Source: a virus (lineage: Duplodnaviria; Caudoviricetes). From it: a stretch of 64,000 nt of DNA. The translations under genes were made by a program, and so were the position numbers. Position 1 is the first letter of the stretch. Each line of letters opens with the position of its first letter. The stretch lies in the IMG/VR virus record IMGVR_UViG_2728369266_000003, positions 1,258 to 65,257 of that record; one strand, 5' to 3'. Positions 8,874-17,437 of the stretch are shown piece after piece. The notes beneath the pieces are model-generated. The model ran no database searches. It had not been told where the DNA came from and saw only the letters and a list, made by a program, of their open reading frames with translations.

Positions 8874-9047
8874 TCACGCCTCCCGCAACTCGGCGACCGC
8901 CACCACGTCCCGGAAGCCGTTGTAGGCGTGGATCTCGGCGTACTGACCGTCATCCAGCACCTCGATCACTCGCGCGTCGAAGTAGATGCCCTGGCGGTTG
9001 TTGTGCGGCGTCCAGATGACCTGCTGGCCGGGCTTGATGTCGATCAT
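8874..9047 (-). CDS. 57-aa beta-barrel (SH3-like) protein
   Basis: AAGGAG SD; MIDIKPGQQVIWTP...; not in ORF track. Confidence 0.6.
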   Translation of the reverse strand: MIDIKPGQQVIWTPHNNRQGIYFDARVIEVLDDGQYAEIHAYNGFRDVVAVAELREA

Positions 9048-9114
9048 GTTCGTCTCCTTGCGTCGGTATGGTGTTCCGTTCCGGTCCGGTCTCGCACCGG
9101 GCCGGAACGCAGCA

Positions 9115-9216
9115 TCAGGCCGACCCGCGGACGGTGCGCTCAGTGCGGAGAAGCGCCTGCGCCACCTTGTTGTTGCCGATCTCGTGCGCTGCCATGTCTT
9201 CGGTGACCTTGATCAT
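9115..9216 (-). CDS. 33-aa small ORF
   Basis: AGGAG SD; stop lies inside ACGCAGCATCAGGCC repeat. Confidence 0.45.
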   Translation of the reverse strand: MIKVTEDMAAHEIGNNKVAQALLRTERTVRGSA

Positions 9217-9299
9217 CAGCGGTTCTCCTGTTCGGGATGCGGGGTTCTGGTGTTCCGTCCTGGGCCGGTACGAGACCGGCACAGGCGCAACATCAGGAC

Positions 9300-9551
9300 C
9301 TAGGGCTGCTCACCGCGCGCAATCCGCGCACCGGCCAGCATCGTCTCCCGGATCGCGAAGTTCTCCACCCGGCTCCGCTTCACATGAGCCTCGATCTCCT
9401 GGGCCACCTGCTCACGAACGCGCTGCTCGAAGTCGCCCAGCACCTCCATGACCCTGTCGGCGTCCCGCAACGCACCCTCGGGCAGATCGCCCGACCGGTC
9501 ACGCGTCGGGGGCAGCGCCTCAGCGATCCGCTTCCGCAAGTCCTTGTCCAT
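9300..9551 (-). CDS. Hypothetical protein
   Basis: GAGGAG SD. Confidence 0.65.
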   Translation of the reverse strand: MDKDLRKRIAEALPPTRDRSGDLPEGALRDADRVMEVLGDFEQRVREQVAQEIEAHVKRSRVENFAIRETMLAGARIARGEQP

Positions 9552-9603
9552 ATCTCGGTGTCTCCTCTGGCTAGGCCGCGAGCGGCTGGCTGATCATGCT
9601 GGT

Positions 9604-9665
9604 GGGTTCCTGTCCTAGATAGGGTGGGGACAGGAACCCCGCCGAATAGCCCTCGGCGGGGTTCC
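9604..9665 (-). terminator. Two overlapping, mutually exclusive hairpins
   Basis: 9604-9615/9628-9639 (12 bp) and 9633-9645/9653-9665 (13 bp) share GGAACCC. Confidence 0.6.
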
Positions 9666-9674
9666 GCTGTGGGC

Positions 9675-9881
9675 TCAGTCAAGCGGAAGGCGCATGTCCC
9701 AAGCGCGACCCGGAAGCCTGCGGAGCCAGACGGACAGCTGCTGCGCGGCCGCGTCGGAATCAACGTCGCGCAACACTTTTTCCTCCTCGATCGTTTCGGC
9801 CCAGAATTCGATCAGGTCGCCTGCCTTGGCAAGCAGCGCTTGCGCCAAGGCGGCCTTCTGTTCGCGGGTGAGGTTCTGCAT
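9675..9881 (-). CDS. Hypothetical protein
   Basis: AGGAG SD. Confidence 0.65.
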   Translation of the reverse strand: MQNLTREQKAALAQALLAKAGDLIEFWAETIEEEKVLRDVDSDAAAQQLSVWLRRLPGRAWDMRLPLD

Positions 9882-9951
9882 TTCGTGGCTCCTGGTCCGT
9901 GCTGGTGGGGTTCCGTTGTGTGTCAGATGTAGGTGATGCTGTCGGCCAGGT

Positions 9952-10371
9952 TCATGCGGCGATGGTTTGAGCGGTGACGCTCGGAACGGCGATCGGGGGG
10001 CGGACCAGAGTCAGGACTGGACGCGCCCCAGCGGAGGCGACGATCCGCACCGCCGCGATGTGCCAACAACGAACACCGCGCAGACCCGCCGGGCACGAGC
10101 AGTGCTCCACAGTCGCGAGGTGGACGTGCGCCCCGTCCGAGGACACGACCTGGTGGACACGGCCCCGCAGAAGCAGCACCGCGCCATCTGCGACCGCCTC
10201 ACGAGCACTGTCGACCTGGCTGGACTTGAAGCCGTCCAGATCGGCCACCACAGCGGCCCGGCGGATCAGCGAAGCGCACCCCTTGCCGTAGCCCCGGGCG
10301 ATGCTGGCGGCGCTGGTCAGCGGCCGGCCACAGCGAAGGCACCGGGGGGTGCTTGCCGGGGTGGTTGTCAT
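9952..10371 (-). CDS. DUF6011-like Zn finger plus SWIM Zn-finger protein
   Basis: CLRCGRPLT...SIARGYGKGC and CSCPAG...CWH. Confidence 0.8.
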   Translation of the reverse strand: MTTTPASTPRCLRCGRPLTSAASIARGYGKGCASLIRRAAVVADLDGFKSSQVDSAREAVADGAVLLLRGRVHQVVSSDGAHVHLATVEHCSCPAGLRGVRCWHIAAVRIVASAGARPVLTLVRPPIAVPSVTAQTIAA

Positions 10372-10416
10372 CGGGGGTCCTCTCGCGGGTTCGGTTCACC
10401 AGCCGGTACAACTTGC

Positions 10417-10490
10417 TGGTGCATATGCACCACTGTAGCATGGTGCATATGCACCGCAACCCTGCGAGCCAAGAAAATGCATATGCACCG
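10417..10490. promoter_or_regulatory. Three palindromic operators GGTGCATATGCACC in a divergent promoter
   Basis: 10417-10432 perfect 16-bp palindrome; 10442-10455; 10478-10487; -10-like TACAGT (minus) and TACCAT (plus). Confidence 0.8.
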
Positions 10491-10505
10491 CGTACCATGA
10501 AGCGT

Positions 10506-10700
10506 GTGCCCAACAAGCCCAAGACACCCAACCGAGTGATCCGTGTGGACGACGACCTGTGGGAGGACTACGGCCGCGCCTGCGACGACGACGGCGTCAT
10601 CCGGTCAGACGACCTCCGCGCACACATGCGCCGGAAGGTCCGAGCATGGAAGCGTAAGAACGAGCAGCGGACAGGGCAGGAGTCCAGCGATGGGGCGTGA
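10506..10700 (+). CDS. Ribbon-helix-helix-type DNA-binding protein (probably leaderless)
   Basis: KTPNRVIRVDDDLWE...RSDDLRAHM; TACCAT 7 nt before GTG. Confidence 0.7.
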   Translation: MPNKPKTPNRVIRVDDDLWEDYGRACDDDGVIRSDDLRAHMRRKVRAWKRKNEQRTGQESSDGA

Positions 10701-11595
10701 AGTGCGGCGCGTGCCGCTCGACTTCGACTGGCCGCTCGGCAAGGTATGGGAAGGCTTCCTTCTGCCCGAGCGTCTGCGCGAGGAGCCCTGCCCTGACTGC
10801 GAGTCCGGGTACTCTCCGCACGCCGAGCACCTGTTCAACCTCTGGTGGGGCCACCTCCCGTTCACCCCGGAGAGCAACGGGTCCACATCCCTGCGATCCG
10901 ACACCCCAGCAGTACGAGCGGTCGCCGAACGCAACGTCGCCCACGCACCGGCCTACTACGGCGCTGGCGAGGACGCCATCGCCCGTGAGGCCCAACGGCT
11001 GGCGAACCTATGGAATGGCATGTGGTGCTACCACCTGAACCAGGACGACGTCGACGCGCTGGTCGCCGCCGACCGACTGTGGGACCTCACCCGAACCTGC
11101 CGCCCAGGTGAGGGCTGGAAGAAGACCGACCCTCCGGTGGTACCGACCGCCGAGCAGGTCAACGAATGGTCCCTGCGCGGCTTCGGTCACGACGCCATCA
11201 ACTCGGGTGTCGTGATCAGCGCCCGTTGCGAGCGTGAGGGCGTCGACGCCACCTGCGCCACATGTAAGGGGCACGCGACGATCCAGTCCTACCCCGGGCA
11301 GCGCGCCGACGCTGAGGCGTGGGAACCTACCGAGCCGCCAAAGGGGGCAGGCTGGCAGCTCTGGGAGACCGTGTCCGAAGGGTCCCCGGTCAGCCCCGTC
11401 GCCGCTTCGGCTGATGCGCTCGCCGAGTGGATGTCGAATCCGGAGCGCGGCCGGGACTGGGTGCCTGCCGAAACCGCCCGCCAGTTCGTAGAACGAGGCT
11501 GGGCGCCGTCCGGGGTGTTCTCGGCGCAGACCGGGCTCGTCTCCGGCGTCGAATACGTCGGATGGGCCGAGAGCGAGCGACGTGACCGATCCTGA
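10690..11595 (+). CDS. Phage protein with split CxxC pairs
   Basis: CPDCESG, CATCKGH, WQLWETVSEGSP. Confidence 0.75.
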   Translation: MGREVRRVPLDFDWPLGKVWEGFLLPERLREEPCPDCESGYSPHAEHLFNLWWGHLPFTPESNGSTSLRSDTPAVRAVAERNVAHAPAYYGAGEDAIAREAQRLANLWNGMWCYHLNQDDVDALVAADRLWDLTRTCRPGEGWKKTDPPVVPTAEQVNEWSLRGFGHDAINSGVVISARCEREGVDATCATCKGHATIQSYPGQRADAEAWEPTEPPKGAGWQLWETVSEGSPVSPVAASADALAEWMSNPERGRDWVPAETARQFVERGWAPSGVFSAQTGLVSGVEYVGWAESERRDRS

Positions 11596-11656
11596 TCAAC
11601 ACGTACCAGGGTCCTGTTGGCCAGGGCGTGTCCATTCAACCAAGGAGAGAAGCAGC

Positions 11657-11860
11657 ATGTCTGACAACGAACAGATCAAGACGACGGCTCAGCAGCGTGC
11701 CTATGAAGAATCGCTCACCTGCCCTGAGTGTTCGACGTCGAGCCCTCGCGTCGAATGGGTGTCTGTCGATGCGTTCAGGGTCGGCCGCTCCTACGTCCCC
11801 GGGTTCGCTAACTGCACCAACCCTGATTGTGGGTACCGGTGGCCCGGCCGGAAGAGTTGA
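11657..11860 (+). CDS. Zn-ribbon small protein
   Basis: CPEC...CTNPDC; AAGGAG SD. Confidence 0.6.
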   Translation: MSDNEQIKTTAQQRAYEESLTCPECSTSSPRVEWVSVDAFRVGRSYVPGFANCTNPDCGYRWPGRKS

Positions 11861-11890
11861 TCACTGCCGAGTCGTAACAGAATGAATATG

Positions 11891-11925
11891 CCCCACCTCG
11901 CATAGTGCGAGGTGGGGATTTTTTT
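11891..11925 (+). terminator. Intrinsic terminator
   Basis: CCCCACCTCGCA / TGCGAGGTGGGG plus T7. Confidence 0.85.
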
Positions 11926-11978
11926 GAATCCACTGTCCGTAACTCCCGGTTTCCGCGATTCCGCGACATACCCTGCGA

Positions 11979-11994
11979 TCGAACACACGTTCAC
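11979..11994. promoter_or_regulatory. LexA (SOS) box-like site upstream of lysis cassette
   Basis: TCGAAC-ACAC-GTTCAC versus actinobacterial TCGAAC-N4-GTTCGA (10/12). Confidence 0.4.
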
Positions 11995-12028
11995 ACCCGC
12001 CCCACCAGGGCGAACGCAGGGGGAACCC

Positions 12029-12214
12029 GTGACCCAACCACCAGAACAGCGGCCCGACCTCCTGGCCGGCGCCGACGAACTCCCAGACGAACCCAACCCG
12101 GACGACGTCGACGAGTTCGACCCCGACCCCATCGACGCAGAGCGGTGGCGCGAGGTCACCGAGGGCGAACTCGACCCCGACGACGACTACGTCGAGGGGG
12201 TGGACCGGCGATGA
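12029..12214 (+). CDS. Small acidic protein preceding endolysin
   Basis: D/E/P-rich; ATGA overlap with amidase. Confidence 0.6.
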   Translation: MTQPPEQRPDLLAGADELPDEPNPDDVDEFDPDPIDAERWREVTEGELDPDDDYVEGVDRR

Positions 12215-13281
12215 GGCTCGAACGCCGCTCTTCCTTCGGTTGGGGGCCGTCCGGCGGCGGCTACGCCAACCCCCGCAACGGACTCGTAGTCCACTACGAC
12301 GGCTCGAACCAGGGGCTCGCGGGGCGCAGCCACAGCGCGTGCCGCGCGTACTGGATCAACACTCGGAAGTTTCACGTCAACACCCGCGACTGGTCTGACA
12401 TCGGGTATTCGTGGGGAGTCTGCCCGCACAACTACGTGCTCGAAGGGCGGGGGCTGAACCGGGCGCAGGCCGCACAGCCCGGCGGCAACACCACCTGGTA
12501 CAGCGTCACGTTCATGTGCGGCCCCAACGAGCGCCCCACCGATGGCCAGATCACCGCGTTCCGGCAGCTGCGTGCCTACCTGATGGGCCGCGGCGTGGCT
12601 GGAGCGGTCTCCTACCACGGCCGGTTCATCCCCACCTCGTGCCCCGGAGCGATCCTCCGCGGCATGGTGACCAGCGGCGACCTCATCAACGGGTCGGCCG
12701 GCGGCTCCACTCCCGCGCGCCCGCGTCCCCTCGGCCGGCAGCACGCCTCCGGCACCCTCGTCGGCGGCCCCGCGAACGCCGCGGTCGTGCCCTACGGCAG
12801 CCCGGTCCTGAAGCGTGGCGCGGTGGCGGCGAACGTCGCCGCCGCCCAGGACGCCATCGTCCGCGCCTACGGCGCCGAGTCCGCTGACTGCCGCATCGAG
12901 GTCGACGGACACTTCGGCACAGCCACCGAACGGGCCGTCACCTACGCCAACCGCAAGCTCAAGACCAAGCATGGCGGGGTGTGGAACCGCGGCACCCACC
13001 AGGGGCTCCGGGCAGTCCTCGGTGGACCGATGGTCGCGTGGCACGTCGACGAGGACGTTCCGGTGCCCAGTCTCGTCAAGGGCGATACCGGCGAGCGGGT
13101 GCGGAACCTCCAGCGGCTGCTGATGCGCGCCGGGTACGACCTGCCTCGCTACGGCGCCGACGGCGACTTCGGGGAGGAGACCCGCGCGGCGGTCCTCGCC
13201 CTGAACCGGGCCTCCGGCACGACCCATGGCGGTGTGTACGGGCTCGGCACCGCCTACGCGTTGCTGCTCGCCCTGAGGTAG
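12211..13281 (+). CDS. Endolysin: N-acetylmuramoyl-L-alanine amidase with two peptidoglycan-binding domains
   Basis: VVHY, WSDIGYSW, LEGRG, H..TSCPG; DGHFGTATE and DGDFGEET repeats. Confidence 0.92.
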   Translation: MRLERRSSFGWGPSGGGYANPRNGLVVHYDGSNQGLAGRSHSACRAYWINTRKFHVNTRDWSDIGYSWGVCPHNYVLEGRGLNRAQAAQPGGNTTWYSVTFMCGPNERPTDGQITAFRQLRAYLMGRGVAGAVSYHGRFIPTSCPGAILRGMVTSGDLINGSAGGSTPARPRPLGRQHASGTLVGGPANAAVVPYGSPVLKRGAVAANVAAAQDAIVRAYGAESADCRIEVDGHFGTATERAVTYANRKLKTKHGGVWNRGTHQGLRAVLGGPMVAWHVDEDVPVPSLVKGDTGERVRNLQRLLMRAGYDLPRYGADGDFGEETRAAVLALNRASGTTHGGVYGLGTAYALLLALR

Positions 13282-13406
13282 GCCGCGATGGAACCCGAAC
13301 CAACCTGCCCTCACTGTTCCCGGCCGACCCGTTTATGCAGGTGCTGGTCATGATCCGGGCCCGTGGTCGTCACCACTCTGATCATCTCTACGACGAGGAG
13401 AACCCC

Positions 13407-13808
13407 ATGAACGTCAAGCCGATCTTCGGTCGCTACCCCGTGTTCTGGGTCGAGTTCGTCGGCGCGCTGCTCGCCGTCGTCACCGTCTACGGCCTCGACA
13501 TCTCCGGCAACCAGAATGAGGCGATCCTCGCCGCTGTGTCCGCGATCCTCACCGCTGTCGCGTCGGTCGGTGTGGCCCGGGACCGGTTCCTTGTGCTGCT
13601 TTCGGCGGCGTTCAAGGCGCTGTTCGCGGTGGCGATCGCGTTCGGTGTGGATCTGTCGGCGGAGCAGGTCGCGAACACGCTGGTGTTCCTGAACGCGGTG
13701 TTGGCGCTGTTCTTGCCGCCGCAGGTGACGGCGAAGTACGGCCCTGACGGTGAGCGTCGGCCGACCGCGCATCTGACCACGTCCACGCCGTCGTCGACGC
13801 ACGGCTGA
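13407..13808 (+). CDS. Holin
   Basis: About four TM helices, directly after endolysin, GAGGAG SD. Confidence 0.75.
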   Translation: MNVKPIFGRYPVFWVEFVGALLAVVTVYGLDISGNQNEAILAAVSAILTAVASVGVARDRFLVLLSAAFKALFAVAIAFGVDLSAEQVANTLVFLNAVLALFLPPQVTAKYGPDGERRPTAHLTTSTPSSTHG

Positions 13809-13814
13809 CCCCTT

Positions 13815-13841
13815 GGGTGGTGTGCCCGCACCACACCACCC
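13815..13841 (+). terminator. Hairpin after holin
   Basis: GGGTGGTGTG / CACACCACCC. Confidence 0.55.
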
Positions 13842-13879
13842 ACCCCCGGAACCGCACCGCCGCACAGGAGGCATGAGAC

Positions 13880-14449
13880 ATGTGCAAGTCGCCCACCGAT
13901 TCCGAGCGGGAGCAGGCGCGTCACATCCGCGCGCTGCTCGAAGCAAGCACGCCCGTCGAACTCGCGGCGCGCCTCATCCAGGCCGAGGCGCGGTTGGACC
14001 GCATGAAGCGGGCACAACGCGATGAGGGAGAGCAGCAGAAGAGCACAGCGACCGAGTACCTGAAGTCCCGAATCCGGGACCTGGAGGCCAAGCTCAAGCA
14101 CGCCGAAGACCTCTCCCACCAGCGACGCGGCGTGGACCATCAGAGCGCTCGCCACCTGCTCAGTGCTCAGGCCGCCACCGAAGGTGATCGCCCCAAGGCG
14201 CAGGCGCCTGCTCCGCAGAGCACGACCGTGCGCCAGCAGCGCTGGACCATCCCCGACTTCGCCGCACGCGGCACCACCCTGTGGACCCTGGCCACGGTGA
14301 CGGCCGAAGCCCGCCGGGTGTACCAGGAATCCCAGGCCCAGGTGGGGGCCGCCCCGGCAGACGACGCGATCACGCTCACCCTCGACGGCTCGGACCTCGT
14401 GGTGAGCTTCGAGTCCCACAGCCATGCCCCGGCGGTGGCCCATGGCTGA
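13880..14449 (+). CDS. Coiled-coil hypothetical protein
   Basis: AGGAGG SD. Confidence 0.7.
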   Translation: MCKSPTDSEREQARHIRALLEASTPVELAARLIQAEARLDRMKRAQRDEGEQQKSTATEYLKSRIRDLEAKLKHAEDLSHQRRGVDHQSARHLLSAQAATEGDRPKAQAPAPQSTTVRQQRWTIPDFAARGTTLWTLATVTAEARRVYQESQAQVGAAPADDAITLTLDGSDLVVSFESHSHAPAVAHG

Positions 14450-14828
14450 ACGGATTCCGATCGACCACATCCATGACTCGGCCGTCCTCACAGTCGACCT
14501 GAGCGACGCGACGGTCCGCGGCATGGAGGTGCGTCTCACCGACGCCACCCGAGCCTTCCTCGTCCGGCTCGGATGGACACCGCCGAGCGGCGTCGCCCTG
14601 GTTGTATCCGACTCACCGAAGATGATCCGGGAGACCCTGTGCGTCGCTCAGACCCGGATTGGCAACAGCCCACTGGACCCTGACCGGCGGCGGGAGCACG
14701 TGGAGCGCCTCGGTCGGCTGATCGCCGAGTGCGATCGACACCGGCCGCTCGGCGCGGACGGCGCACACGGTGACCTGCACACGCCCACCTGCGGATGCCA
14801 GGAGACCGACCATGTTCGCCCGCGCTGA
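14442..14828 (+). CDS. Hypothetical protein
   Basis: Coupled ORF. Confidence 0.6.
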   Translation: MAERIPIDHIHDSAVLTVDLSDATVRGMEVRLTDATRAFLVRLGWTPPSGVALVVSDSPKMIRETLCVAQTRIGNSPLDPDRRREHVERLGRLIAECDRHRPLGADGAHGDLHTPTCGCQETDHVRPR

Positions 14829-15186
14829 CTGCGTGTTCTGCGCAATCGAGGCTGGCGACGCCCCCGCCAAGATCGTGGCCCGCTGGCTCGACGCCATCGC
14901 GTTCACACCCCTCAACCCCGTCACCCCCGGCCACACCCTCGTCATCCCGCGCGTCCACGTGCCCGACGCCGTCACCGACCCCGCCGTCACGGCAGCGACC
15001 ATGCATCGGGCCGCTGGGTTCGCGCACGAGGCGTTCGACCACTGCAACCTGATCACTAGCGTTGGTGAACCAGCCACCCAGACGGTGTTCCATCTGCACA
15101 TTCATGTTGTTCCGCGAACGGCGGGCGATGGGTTGCTGCTGCCGTGGACGCCGCAGCACGCTGCTCGCTACCTCACCCAGGACTGA
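14812..15186 (+). CDS. HIT-family nucleotide hydrolase
   Basis: CVFC, PVTPGHTLVIP, QTVFHLHIHVVPR. Confidence 0.93.
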   Translation: MFARADCVFCAIEAGDAPAKIVARWLDAIAFTPLNPVTPGHTLVIPRVHVPDAVTDPAVTAATMHRAAGFAHEAFDHCNLITSVGEPATQTVFHLHIHVVPRTAGDGLLLPWTPQHAARYLTQD

Positions 15187-15188
15187 CC

Positions 15189-15341
15189 GTGGCGACCAGG
15201 GATGATCTGCGGTGCCTACGGTGGCCCCTCGGCGTCGTCTGCCACCTCGACATGCGCCTCCGCTGCCGCAACCGGGCGGTGTGCTGGCTCCACGACACCC
15301 TCCAGCGGCTAGCCGCACACGTGGGGATGTGGCGGATGTGA
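15189..15341 (+). CDS. Small Cys/His-rich ORF
   Basis: Fills gap, GTGA-type overlap. Confidence 0.4.
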   Translation: MATRDDLRCLRWPLGVVCHLDMRLRCRNRAVCWLHDTLQRLAAHVGMWRM

Positions 15342-15757
15342 CCGGTACGCTGCGCATCCTCGTGACCGGGTCCCGCACCTGGGGCACCCGCCCCAGCCCG
15401 AACGGCCCCGTACCCGACCAGCGGCAGCACGACCGACTCGTGGAAGCGCTCCGCTGCGCCGCGAAAGGCGCCCAACGCCCGGTGTTGGTGGTGGGGGACT
15501 GCCCGACCGGGGCCGACGCCATCGCCACCCGATACGCGCGCCGCTGGGGGTGGCGGGTGGAGGTGCACACCGCCCTGTGGGGTGTCTACGGCTCCCATGC
15601 TGGGCCGCGCCGCAACGCGGAGATGGTGCGCGCGGGCGCCGACATCTGCCTCGTGTTCCTCAACGAGCTGAACGGCAAGCCGTCGCGCGGAACCCGGAAC
15701 TGCATGAGGCTCGCCCGCGAAGCCGGGATCAAGACCAAGGCGTGGGAGGCGACGTGA
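15338..15757 (+). CDS. SLOG-family (DUF2493-like) nucleotide-binding protein
   Basis: ILVTGSR, GDCPTGAD, AGPRRNAEMV, SRGT. Confidence 0.85.
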   Translation: MTGTLRILVTGSRTWGTRPSPNGPVPDQRQHDRLVEALRCAAKGAQRPVLVVGDCPTGADAIATRYARRWGWRVEVHTALWGVYGSHAGPRRNAEMVRAGADICLVFLNELNGKPSRGTRNCMRLAREAGIKTKAWEAT

Positions 15758-16029
15758 CAGCGACGAAAAAGGCGATTGGGATGTCATCAGTTGCGGACCG
15801 GATCCGCGCTCGTTTGGGGGTCCGACGTGACCTCCCCGACCCGGCGCAGCGCCGGGCGATCCGCCAAGCGGCCGGACTGTCACAGCAGGAACTTGCTGAT
15901 GCCATCGGCGTTACCCGCCAGGCCGTCAGCAACTGGGAGTCAGGGATTCGAACGCCTCGTGGGGCTGCCCTGGACCGGTACGTCGATGCCATCCGGACAC
16001 TCCGAGAACTGGGAAGCGAAGACCTGTGA
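15754..16029 (+). CDS. XRE-family HTH regulator
   Basis: AGLSQQELADAIGVTRQAVSNWESG. Confidence 0.9.
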   Translation: MTATKKAIGMSSVADRIRARLGVRRDLPDPAQRRAIRQAAGLSQQELADAIGVTRQAVSNWESGIRTPRGAALDRYVDAIRTLRELGSEDL

Positions 16030-16208
16030 TCATCACAGTTCGCATCCTCGGCACCGAGGTCATGGCCCTGGACCTCACCACCCACCAGGACGACTCGGCG
16101 GCACGGGAGCACGCCGAGTTCGGGTTCAGCGGCGGGTCCGGCGGCCAGTACGACATCGACTATCGGGACACCAGCGAAGACGTCCACGCACGGGGGAGGA
16201 CACAGTGA
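16026..16208 (+). CDS. Hypothetical protein
   Basis: GTGA coupling. Confidence 0.55.
   Translation: MIITVRILGTEVMALDLTTHQDDSAAREHAEFGFSGGSGGQYDIDYRDTSEDVHARGRTQ
16191..16208 (+). repeat. 18-bp direct repeat CGGGGGAGGACACAGTGA, copy 1
   Basis: Identical to 16381-16398; holds SD and GTG start. Confidence 0.9.
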
Positions 16209-16402
16209 TCCCGCAACCCAAGTACACCCTCCGCGAAGCCCGCCAGGAACTCGCGCGCCGCGAATGCAACGCCAACGGCCACGACTTCACCCCCATCACC
16301 CCTGCGTACAGCCCCGACCCGGTGCGGTTCGTCTGCGGAAACTGTGGACGAAGCTGGCAGGTCACGGAGGCTCAGACCACCGGGGGAGGACACAGTGAGT
16401 GA
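16205..16402 (+). CDS. Small Zn-binding protein
   Basis: C...GH...CGNC. Confidence 0.65.
   Translation: MIPQPKYTLREARQELARRECNANGHDFTPITPAYSPDPVRFVCGNCGRSWQVTEAQTTGGGHSE
16381..16398 (+). repeat. 18-bp direct repeat, copy 2
   Basis: Identical to 16191-16208. Confidence 0.9.
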
Positions 16403-17111
16403 CGCAGCGGCCGACGCCGCATACCAGCACCTCCAGCAGTTGAGGGAGCGCATCCCACAGCTCCGCGCCTCCACCACCGCCGGCACCGTGCAGCGCCGCC
16501 GCAGCGACCTCACACCCACCCAACTCGCACGGCAGGGTGAGGCGCACCTAGACGAGCGGTGGGAGCGGGCCGCGAACGCCGCCCGCGGCGTCAGCGCCCT
16601 CGGCGCGTCCCCGGCCCCGGTGGACCTGACGGTGCTGGACACGATCCGGGAGATCGCCCGCAGCCTCAGCCAGATGGTGCAGACGGTCCACGACCGGTTT
16701 GGGCTCGGCCACTGGACTCCCGGACGGCCCGAGGGACACGGCGATGAGCGCACCGGGGGCATGTCGGGGGAGATCCCACGCCTGCTCCACCTGCTGAGCA
16801 AGGTCGCGTCCGACCCGGATCTCGCTCACTACGTCGCGGACGAGACGAGGCGCCTTAACCGACTCGCAGCCATCGCCCTCGGGGAGGGCGAGCAGGTGAA
16901 GCGACTCGACGGCCGCTGCCCCTACTGCGGCGCGAAGAGCTTGAAGGTCTTTGTGGACCGCGAACTCGTGATGTGCGTGAACACCGGATGCCGCTGCACC
17001 CGCACAACCTGCCGCTGCCAAGACGAAGATCGGCCCCGGCGCCACACCTGGTCCCGCGCCGAGTGGGATGCGCTCGCCGACACACTCAACGCCACCAACA
17101 CCGCCGCCTGA
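16395..17111 (+). CDS. Helical protein with C-terminal Zn ribbon (late-regulator-like)
   Basis: GRCPYCG...CVNTGC...W. Confidence 0.65.
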   Translation: MSDAAADAAYQHLQQLRERIPQLRASTTAGTVQRRRSDLTPTQLARQGEAHLDERWERAANAARGVSALGASPAPVDLTVLDTIREIARSLSQMVQTVHDRFGLGHWTPGRPEGHGDERTGGMSGEIPRLLHLLSKVASDPDLAHYVADETRRLNRLAAIALGEGEQVKRLDGRCPYCGAKSLKVFVDRELVMCVNTGCRCTRTTCRCQDEDRPRRHTWSRAEWDALADTLNATNTAA

Positions 17112-17125
17112 ACAGGAGCACCCGC

Positions 17126-17413
17126 ATGGACCGTCGCCCGCACACGAACCCGCCGACCTGCCCCATCTGCAACGCCCCAGTTGACGCCAGCACGGAGCGC
17201 CCCGGCTACTTCGTCGTTTCGCTCCAGGGAACCCAGGGAACCCACGTCGGCACCCTCGACCAGATCCCCCTTGGCCCGAACGACAAGGTCACCCCGGCCC
17301 CTGACCTCACGAGGTACGAACTCGAACCGTGCGGCAACGTCCTCGAAGGACTCAACGCAAGGCGGTTCAGGGAGGCGCTGGCGGTCCACCGCACAGAAAG
17401 CCCGCAGCACTAG
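17126..17413 (+). CDS. Hypothetical protein
   Basis: AGGAG SD, CPIC. Confidence 0.6.
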   Translation: MDRRPHTNPPTCPICNAPVDASTERPGYFVVSLQGTQGTHVGTLDQIPLGPNDKVTPAPDLTRYELEPCGNVLEGLNARRFREALAVHRTESPQH

Positions 17414-17437
17414 CACCACCTGAACAGGAGAGGACCG

